From Octopus sinensis (Eukaryota), in assembly GCF_006345805.1 (NCBI RefSeq), contig NW_021826577.1, positions 1 to 12,464 on the forward strand: a stretch of 12,464 nt of DNA, given 5' to 3'. This document shows positions 1 through 8,225 of this stretch, piece after piece. A program made the translations under genes and the position numbers. The notes under the pieces were generated by a model. It saw only the letters and a program-made list of their open reading frames with translations. It ran no database searches and was not told the DNA's origin. Position 1 is the first letter of the stretch; every line of letters starts with the position of its first letter.

Positions 1-70
1 GACGGAGTGCTTCAAATATATGCATATTATATATATATATATATATGCATATTAATATTATATATATATA

Positions 71-219
71 CTCTTTACTCTTTACTCTTTTACTTGCTTC
101 AGTCATTTGACTGCGGCCATGCTGGAAGCAGCCCTTTAGTCGAGCAAATGGACCCCGTGACTTATTCTTTGTAAGCCTAGTACTTATTCTATCGGTCTCT
201 TTTGCCGAACCGCTAAATT
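71..219 (-). mobile_element. SINE 3' half (tRNA-SINE family with ...GCTCCAGCATGGCCGCAGTCAAATGACTGAAACAAGTAAAAGAG-type tail), 5'-truncated at a (TA)n tract
   Basis: The reverse complement matches the plus-strand tails at 269-325, 5156-5218 and 10416-10551 in this window (46/48 identity between 79-126 and 278-325). It ends in a (GAGTAAA)-like repeat tail. Family assignment to octopus SINEs is from memory. Confidence 0.85.
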
Positions 220-251
220 ATATATATATATTATATATATATATATATATA

Positions 252-325
252 ATCGAGTTTCTCGATTTAAGGCGTGCTCCAGCATGGCCGCAGTCAAATG
301 AGTGAAACAAGTAAAAGAGTAAAGA
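252..325 (+). mobile_element. SINE 3' tip, same family as 71-219, opposite orientation
   Basis: AAGGCGTGCTCCAGCATGGCCGCAGTCAAATGAGTGAAACAAGTAAAAGAGTAAAGA is the near-exact reverse complement of 79-136. Confidence 0.85.
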
Positions 326-328
326 TAT

Positions 329-384
<56 letters not shown>

Positions 385-455
385 ACAACATATATATTAT
401 ATATATTATATAATCTATAATATATATATTGCATATATGTACGTACTTTATATAT
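326..455. repeat. Imperfect (TA)n microsatellite; further TA tracts at 16-70 and 218-250
   Basis: Directly visible alternating TA with interruptions. Confidence 0.95.
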
Positions 456-544
456 GTAAGAAAGAAAGAATGGAATAATAAGAGTGTAAAGTGGTTAAAA
501 AAGATATGCAAGAGAATTGAAAGGATACATTGTTAGATATAGTG

Positions 545-620
545 GTGGGAGAGAAAGAGAGAGGGAGAAGAAAGAGGCGGGAGAGAGAGGGAGGGTGGAG
601 AGACAGACAGACAGAGACAA
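545..620. repeat. GA-rich low-complexity / (GACA)n tract
   Basis: Purine-rich GAGA/GGAG runs followed by GACAGACAGACAG. Confidence 0.85.
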
Positions 621-1064
621 ACCGCAACCTTTTTTCGTTAGATAAGATTTGTAGCAGAGTTAAAGGAATACATATGTATGTTTACCGAAATAGTTTGGTT
701 ATTGTAACTGTTACTGACATTCTTCACATCCCCATTATTTAAACAAATAAGCGATATCAAAATTAACACAGATATGCATGTTATATAATAAAACAAATCA
801 TGGCTAATTAAACTCGTTTAATGAGAATGAAATATTCATAAAACACAACAGCCTCCACCACCAACACATCATAAAATATAGTAAAAGATACTATTTTTTA
901 ATTATTTTATTCTTAATTATTATAATTGGAATATTTTTATGAAATTATAGTTAAAATTATAGTCTTCAGTTTTTAAAAAGTGTTTTATAATTGTAATATT
1001 TCTAATGATGTTTTTATTTGCTAATTGAATTTAATTTGGAAAACTATCGCGCGTATCCTAATAT

Positions 1065-1091
1065 ATTATTATTATTATTATTATTATTATA

Positions 1092-1159
<68 letters not shown>

Positions 1160-1193
1160 CATCATCATTATTATTATTATTATCATCATCATC
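1065..1193. repeat. (TTA)n with (TCA)n blocks
   Basis: Directly visible trinucleotide array; source of the poly-Y and poly-N ORFs. Confidence 0.97.
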
Positions 1194-1461
1194 AAGGTGG
1201 CGAACTAGCAAAATCGTTAGCGCTCTGGACAAAATTCCTTGCGGTATTTCGCCTGATGCAACGTTCTGAGTTCAAATTTCGCCGAGGTCAACTTTGTTTT
1301 TCATTCTTTCGGGGTCGATAAATTAAGTACTAGGGAAGCACTGGGACGATGTAATTGACTAGTCTCTCCCCACAAATTTGAGACCTTCTGCTTCTAGTAG
1401 AAAGGGTGTAATCGACTCATGCGCTCACCATAACTCTGCCCTTGTGGAAAAATTTGAAACC
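1194..1461 (+). mobile_element. Near full-length tRNA-derived SINE with two tandem 3' tail modules
   Basis: A-box-like TAGCAAAATCG (about 1205-1215) and B-box-like GAGTTCAAATTTC (about 1268-1280). Central module GGGGTCGATAAATTAAGTACTAGG is shared with the 71-219 family. Both flanks are (TTA)n. A TGTAAT(T/C)GACT-led tail occurs at 1350 and again at 1407. Confidence 0.85.
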
Positions 1462-1464
1462 ATG

Positions 1465-1465
<1 letters not shown>

Positions 1466-1532
<67 letters not shown>

Positions 1533-1570
1533 CATTATTATTATCATCATCATGATCATCATCATTATTA
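1466..1570. repeat. (TTA)n/(TCA)n array, i.e. (TAA)n on the strand of the adjacent Dong-like LINE
   Basis: Directly visible; source of the poly-I ORF 1378-1590. Confidence 0.97.
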
Positions 1571-1571
1571 T

Positions 1572-1897
1572 ATCTTGCCACAGCTTTTAACGCTGGAGAT
1601 GTACTAGAGTGTCAGCTGTTCACTACCAGTGAAGTGCGGTAACACCACTTAGTTTTCGAGCACCTTTCGAAGTATTCGAACGGTTCCATGTAGTGCTGTT
1701 TTCTGCAAGGTTTCCAACCTTATTGCAGACCCTATTTGTTCCATGCACTTCTCAAGGTTTTTACTCACTGTTCCCAGGGCTCCGACAATTATTGATACTA
1801 CTACTACCTCTCTGATCGACCACAACTGCTTAGCCTCCCAAGCTAACCTGTCAAATCTATCGACTTTTCTTTCTTCCTTATCGCATACCTTGTTGTC
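1572..1897 (-). mobile_element. R4/Dong-clade non-LTR retrotransposon 3' end (C-terminal part of the RLE domain plus 3' UTR)
   Basis: Open minus frame 1897->1649: DNKVCDKEERKVDRFDRLAWEAKQLWSIREVVVVSIIVGALGTVSKNLEKCMEQIGSAIRLETLQKTALHGTVRILRKVLEN*. It has the EKxxKY-like, PIxxGALG-like and LQKxxLxGTxRILRKVL hallmarks of R4/Dong ORF ends. A short 3' UTR is followed by (TAA)n, the known Dong-type target. Confidence 0.9.
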
Positions 1898-2192
1898 TGT
1901 ACGTGGTCTCCGGAACGCTTCTCGTAAACATTCTGCACAGTCCCATCGGGTTCAAAGTTATCTCTAACTCCAGTGATGGTTAGTCACATTGGTGGATCTG
2001 TTTGAAACCCCCTCCTAAACTGTCTTTGCACTTCAACTGCACTTTCACATTTCCAGTAGCATTTTAGGATGAATTTCCTTTGATCAAAGCTTAGTCTATC
2101 TGCCATCACTAATTCCACTGGATTTAATCCGGAAAGAAAAAGCATCGAGTTATCAGCTGCTAAAATGTGTAAACATTTTTGAGGACACCTTG
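1898..2192 (-). mobile_element. Tc1/mariner-type DNA transposon left end: TIR plus N-terminal HTH (DUF4817-like) transposase fragment, pseudogenised
   Basis: The minus strand begins TA|CAAGGTGTCC at 2194-2183 (TA target dinucleotide plus TIR-like start). ATG at 2106 gives MADRLSFDQRKFILKCYWKCESAVEVQRQFRRGFQTDPPM*LTITGVRDNFEPDGTVQNVYEKRSG, then RPRT after a 1-nt frameshift. The stop at 1984-1986 fits CGA>TGA decay. The GRPR motif ends the first HTH subdomain. DUF4817 assignment is from memory. Confidence 0.85.
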
Positions 2193-2223
<31 letters not shown>

Positions 2224-2259
2224 GTAGTATGTAATGTATGTATGTATGTATGTATGTAT

Positions 2260-2324
<65 letters not shown>

Positions 2325-2345
2325 ATATATATATAAATGTATGTA
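2193..2345. repeat. (TA)n/(TATG)n microsatellite
   Basis: Directly visible. Confidence 0.97.
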
Positions 2346-2347
2346 TG

Positions 2348-2548
2348 CAATGTATTGACAGAAATGGTAAGACAACAAAAGAGATGAAGAGACCTCCATA
2401 TGATGTAAATAGAGGAATTTATCTGTAAATGTAATATGTGACAATTATTCGCTAGCCATGATAAAAATCCGAGTTTCGGATATCGGGGTGGAAATCCACG
2501 CCGCCACCTCTTCAGTTATCCGGCATCACATATTACATTTTACAGATA
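2348..2548 (-). mobile_element. Foldback, hammerhead-bearing repeat fragment (Penelope-like terminal region or retrozyme-like)
   Basis: Inverted repeat 2420-2441 / 2526-2548 encloses a hammerhead core. Unique-looking sequence continues left to about 2348, and the right arm stops at a (TA)n tract. The Penelope/retrozyme class is inferred from the type I hammerhead, not from any ORF. Confidence 0.55.
2455..2524 (-). ncRNA. Type I hammerhead ribozyme motif (probably impaired copy)
   Basis: Minus strand reads GCCG-GATAA | CTGAAGA (2515-2509) | 31-nt stem II closed by G-C with a GTGG/CCAC tip | GAAA (2477-2474) | CTCGGAT | TT, then predicted cleavage between 2465 and 2464, then TTATC-ATGGC. All core nucleotides are present. 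Stem I is 5 bp plus an extension. Pair 15.2-16.2 is a C/U mismatch. Confidence 0.75.
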
Positions 2549-2641
2549 TATAATATATATATATGTGTGTGTGTGGTGTGTGTGTGTGTGTGTGTGTGGG
2601 TGGGTATGTATGTATATATATTATGTATATATAGATATACA

Positions 2642-2672
<31 letters not shown>

Positions 2673-2698
2673 ATACATGTTATAACAATTAGTATCAC

Positions 2699-2730
<32 letters not shown>

Positions 2731-2772
2731 TATATATAATATATATATATATATATAGCATATATATATATA
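2549..2772. repeat. (TA)n/(TG)n/(TATG)n microsatellite field
   Basis: Directly visible. Confidence 0.97.
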
Positions 2773-3686
2773 TCATTGGAAATAATACAAGGTATCGAAA
2801 CAATTGCTGTGATTAATATTAAATTCTCGTGTATTCCATGTAGAGAGAGAGAGGGGGGAAAGAGACACACACATTACACACACATTCCTACATATTTGCA
2901 CGAAAATATGTGGATGATCATGTAAGTGTTTGTTCGTGTGAGTGTGTCTCTCCAGACAATATACGTTGGCTTGTATATTCTCGTATAGGCCTGCATGCAC
3001 GGCAGTTCTTTATACGCGTGCGTGTACTTCCGTGTGTGAGATCGCTTATCCCTGGTAGGCATAAACCTATAATGGTTGAATTTAACGCGACAGAATTCTC
3101 ATGATTAATCTCAGACTAACGATTCTTTTAATTCGATCTCTTCTTATCCTACAGACACAGAATAACAAAAAGTAGAGTACACATCGTTGCCTATTTCATT
3201 CATTACAAACGATGCCATATCTCCTGCAGAGGGCTTCTTGCAGTATGCTAATATCGTTTAATTCAGGAAGCCATGACAATTCTTCTCACTTTATTCTCAG
3301 GTTGTTATCTTGTTTTCTTTATGATTTGATAGCTTGCTTCGTGTTTTCGTTTTTAACTTCCTAATTGTGACATTTTCTTTGGCTGTTCTTGTAATACGAT
3401 ATAACTCGTGGTTGTTTTTGAAGTGGCGGTTATTGCGGTTCTTCTGCCTGCTTATTATGGAAATGTTTGCCGTATGAGCTCTTCTTTTAATTTATTCTTA
3501 TTCCATTTTATTGTATCATTTTTAGCATTGTTTGATATTAATGCTGGATTTCATCATTGTACCATTTCAGAAGATGGCATTATTCCATTATAAATAAACT
3601 CTTAAACAGTTTGAAAAGAAATTGTTTTCCAATGCCATTAGCAATTTAGATTAGATAATTTTTGATGAAAAGAATGAAAAAAATTC

Positions 3687-3687
<1 letters not shown>

Positions 3688-3719
<32 letters not shown>

Positions 3720-3740
3720 TAATAATAATAATAATAACAA
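3688..3740. repeat. (TAA)n microsatellite
   Basis: Directly visible. Confidence 0.97.
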
Positions 3741-4258
3741 TAGAGGAAATTTTTACACATTTAACAAAATATTCTTCTTGAAACGTACCTTCAACCTTAT
3801 CGCATGACATTCTACAAATCGAAGCAGATAGCATGTTATGATAGATTTGTTTCAAATATCGTCACATTTTAGCATTTTCAAATCATTATGCTTGGTTTAC
3901 GATCTGTATAATATCAAGAAAACAGAACAGAATCCATATTTTGTTATTTCAGTTTTGTATTACAATTATTATTTTAAGCGCTCAAATTTTTGAAAGGAAT
4001 TCGAAGCTGTAACATGTTTTTAAATCAACAGCTACGTTGTCAATTTCTATTGTTTTGTTTTAATAGTTTTTTTAAGAAAGAATTAATCACATGACAAACG
4101 TATTTTGCTGTGCATTAATGGCTGTTTGTAAAACGCGTCATCCGATTCACTGGGAGCTCTTAAGTATTTAAATATATGCCTGTCAATCTTTGTCAATAAT
4201 TTTGTATATTACGTATGTTGTTCCGGAGGATAATGTAGAGGTCTTATATTGTAGGGAA

Positions 4259-4331
4259 CTCTCTCTCTCTCTCTCTCTCGCTTTCTCTCTCTCTCGCTCT
4301 CTCTCGCTCTCTCTCTTTCTCTCTCTCTCTC
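4259..4331. repeat. (CT)n microsatellite with CG interruptions
   Basis: Directly visible. Confidence 0.97.
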
Positions 4332-4414
4332 CGTGAAATATATGTTTCAAATCATATTTCACATAACAAATATAACATTGCTATTAAAATGACATTGTTA
4401 TTATTGTAGTGATT

Positions 4415-4510
4415 AACAATAACGATGATGATGATGATGATAATAATAATAATAATAATAATAATATAATAATAATAATAAGTATAGTAAGTAGTAGTAG
4501 TAGTAGCAGT

Positions 4511-4590
<80 letters not shown>

Positions 4591-4780
4591 ATGGTGGTGT
4601 TGGTGGTAGTAGTAGCAGTAGTTGTTGTTGTAGTAGTAGTAGTAGTAGTAGTAGTTACAGCAGCAGCAGTAGCGGCTGAAGCAGTGACAGCAACAGCAGT
4701 AGAAGAAGAAGAAGAAGAAGAAGAAGAAGAAGAAGAAGAAGAAGAAGAAGAAGAAAAGAAAAGAAGAAGAAGAAGAAGAA
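4415..4780. repeat. Compound trinucleotide tract (GAT, AAT, AGT, AGC, GGT, TGT, GAA blocks)
   Basis: Directly visible; explains ORFs 4384-4851, 4413-4784 and 4588-4800. Confidence 0.97.
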
Positions 4781-5085
4781 ACAAAAAAGGGAAACTGTAA
4801 AAGATCAGGATTTGGCCGGAGAATTGGTGAGAGTGTGGAAGAATAAGACAACCATTATTCCAGAAGTAATTGGTGCACTTGGCACAAAAACCAAAATGTT
4901 ACTTTAAAGACTTGAAGAGACTGGAATTGAAACTTGCATCGTCGACCTGAAGAAAATTACCATCCGAAATTTTTCAAGAATCCGAAGAAAGATTCTCGCG
5001 ATTAGAGAAAGCATTTTGTCACCAAACCTCAAGATAATTTTCCTGCTAACTCAATTAGCATGTGCTATCTTGGATGTAGTATGGG

Positions 5086-5087
<2 letters not shown>
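4779..5087 (+). mobile_element. Second, more diverged R4/Dong-like LINE 3' end
   Basis: Plus frame from 4779: KQKRETVKDQDLAGELVRVWKNKTTIIPEVIGALGTKTKMLL*RLEETGIETCIVDLKKITIRNFSRIRRKILAI, with a stop at 4905-4907. It aligns by eye to the 1649-1897 peptide (IGALGT, LQK/LKK, RILRKVL/RIRRKIL) but is a different subfamily. Confidence 0.85.

Positions 5088-5125
<38 letters not shown>
5088..5125. repeat. (TTA)n microsatellite
   Basis: Directly visible. Confidence 0.97.
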
Positions 5126-5155
5126 GCCTTTGCACACCTTCTAACGCTGGTACCA

Positions 5156-5218
5156 TAGATTCATTCGATTAAAATTTCTACAGGGCGGTGCCCCAGCATG
5201 GCTAAAACAAAGAAAAGA
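5156..5218 (+). mobile_element. SINE 3' tip with internal deletion (same tail family as 269-325)
   Basis: GGCGGTGCCCCAGCATGGC followed directly by TAAAACAAAGAAAAGA; the CGCAGTCAAATGA-type segment seen at 289-301 is missing. Confidence 0.7.
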
Positions 5219-5219
5219 T

Positions 5220-5273
<54 letters not shown>

Positions 5274-5302
5274 CGTACGTATATATATATATATATATAT
5301 AT
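5219..5302. repeat. (TA)n(TG)n(TATG)n(TA)n microsatellite
   Basis: Directly visible. Confidence 0.97.
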
Positions 5303-6079
5303 AATGGTGTTTGTGTGTGAGGATGTGCGTGTGTGCTAGCCATCATCCGGTTTAAGCCACGGAAGCTCTAGAGCAAGTCGCAGATATCTCTCTCCTGGCA
5401 TCGTTGGTGTTCGACTACCACATCTCCTGTATCCTGTACACCTGACTTAAACACCGCACCAAAGACACACCACACTTTCTCTACCTCAAATATAAAGATT
5501 TACACTATAAATACCTTTGTTTATAAAAATTATTATTTATGAATACAGAATTACTTGATCAGGTATATCAATTCAGACAAAAAACTGTTATATGAACATT
5601 AAATAATATCGGATGGTTTAACCCAACCTATAATATTTTCTAACATATAAATTAAACATATTAACACTAAACTGAACATTCATTTGAAATTTTTGCGGAT
5701 AAGACAAATATTTCGGACCTTAAATTGCAGAGAATTGTACTTATACTTATAAATGAGCGTAAATTATAATCAGAGCAACGCGATCTCAAATATACTAGTT
5801 ATCTATCGAAATAACTAACGCTACATAAATTACTCCTTCGCAGTTTTTCCATATTTTTTGATGTTTCACATCATTTATTTTCTACCATTTTGTATTGTAT
5901 CCTTATACAATTATTACATACACAAATTTTTATTACAAAATTATGGAAATTATATTGGAATATGAAAAAAAAATTTGCTTGTAACTTAATATTCAATAAT
6001 TTAGTTTGTCTGCCTCACACCTCTCCTCGGTCACAAAAGTTTATATGCGTCTTTACAAACTATATACATTTATGTATAT

Positions 6080-7430
<1,351 letters not shown>

Positions 7431-7942
7431 AGACAGGTGTATATCTAATTTGATATTTCCTCTTCTGTGTCTATAATTCTATTTCATCAGCCTATATTTT
7501 TCGGTATATTCAATATTGTCAATTTGAATACATAAAATGTATAAATAGCTTCGTATTTCTTTAGGGATCAAAAAATTATGTACATAAGTGTGGCGGGGGT
7601 GTGAGCGTATGCGTGTGCATACGTATATTTGTGTGCGCCTATGTGTGAATGTGTGTTTTGTAAATGTCACATAAAAAAATGTAAGAAAACGCACAAAAGA
7701 CTGTTACAAGTAGAGAAATATATTTTAGAAGAAATATATATATATTTCTCACCGTTCTTAATAAAATAAATTGATTTTCTCAATTTTCAAATGTAAATAT
7801 ATAAATATATATATATATTTTTTTTAATTCAACTTGCTGTTTAGTAAAAGTATATATGAATAATTATTTTTAAAATGTCGAGGACTGTTAGAATGCTGTC
7901 GAAAATCCTTGCATTTTTTAACTAACCTGTTTATGTTCTTAT

Positions 7943-8097
7943 GTGGAGGCGCGTGGCTTAGTGGTTAGGGTGTCAGCATCATGGTCGTAAGATTGTGGTT
8001 TCGATTCCTGGACCGGGCGACGCGTTGTGTTCTTGAGCAAAACACTTCATTTCACGTTGCTCCGGTTCACTCAGCTGGCAAAAATTAGTAACGCTGT
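7943..8097 (+). mobile_element. tRNA-derived SINE 5' part with CORE-like domain
   Basis: A box TGGCTTAGTGG (7954-7964) and B box GTTTCGATTCC (7998-8008). TGTGTTCTTGAGCAAAACACTTCA resembles the CORE motif TGTGACCTTGGGCAAGTCACTT. Confidence 0.85.
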
Positions 8098-8109
8098 AAT
8101 CAATCAATT

Positions 8110-8225
8110 ATTTCAAATCCCACAGAAATCAAAAACGTACCTTTCATTTATCTGGGGGGATCGATAAAATGCAGTAGTATTTTAATACTGCAGTTGGTTT
8201 AATCTATTCACACCTCCCGCCAAAT
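8110..8225 (+). mobile_element. Highly degenerate SINE of the 1194-1461 family
   Basis: TTCAAATCCC...CCTTTCATTTATCTGGGGGGATCGATAAAAT...TAATCTATTCACACCTCCCGCCAAAT is colinear with 1271-1380. Confidence 0.55.

Noticed and set aside
1-12. GACGGAGTGC at the window edge recalls the terminus of another octopus SINE
   Set aside because: Too short, and the rest would lie outside the window.
1065-2548. CRISPR-like repeat-spacer organisation
   Set aside because: The repeats are simple microsatellites of variable length, the intervening pieces are recognisable transposon fragments, and there are no cas genes.
2790-2850. CGAAACAATTGCTGTGATT, resembling the 3' half of a minimal hammerhead with a palindromic AATT loop
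   Set aside because: It lacks the U of the NUH triplet and has no upstream CUGANGA. At most it is an unverifiable remnant.
3135-3250. Plus-strand exon candidate 3155-3242 (pyrimidine tract plus CAG, GTATGC donor)
   Set aside because: Weak donor, 88 nt, unrecognisable peptide; such signals are common on T-rich strands.
7943-8015. tRNA gene
   Set aside because: A and B boxes are present, but no proper acceptor stem or anticodon arm forms and the sequence runs into a CORE-like SINE body.
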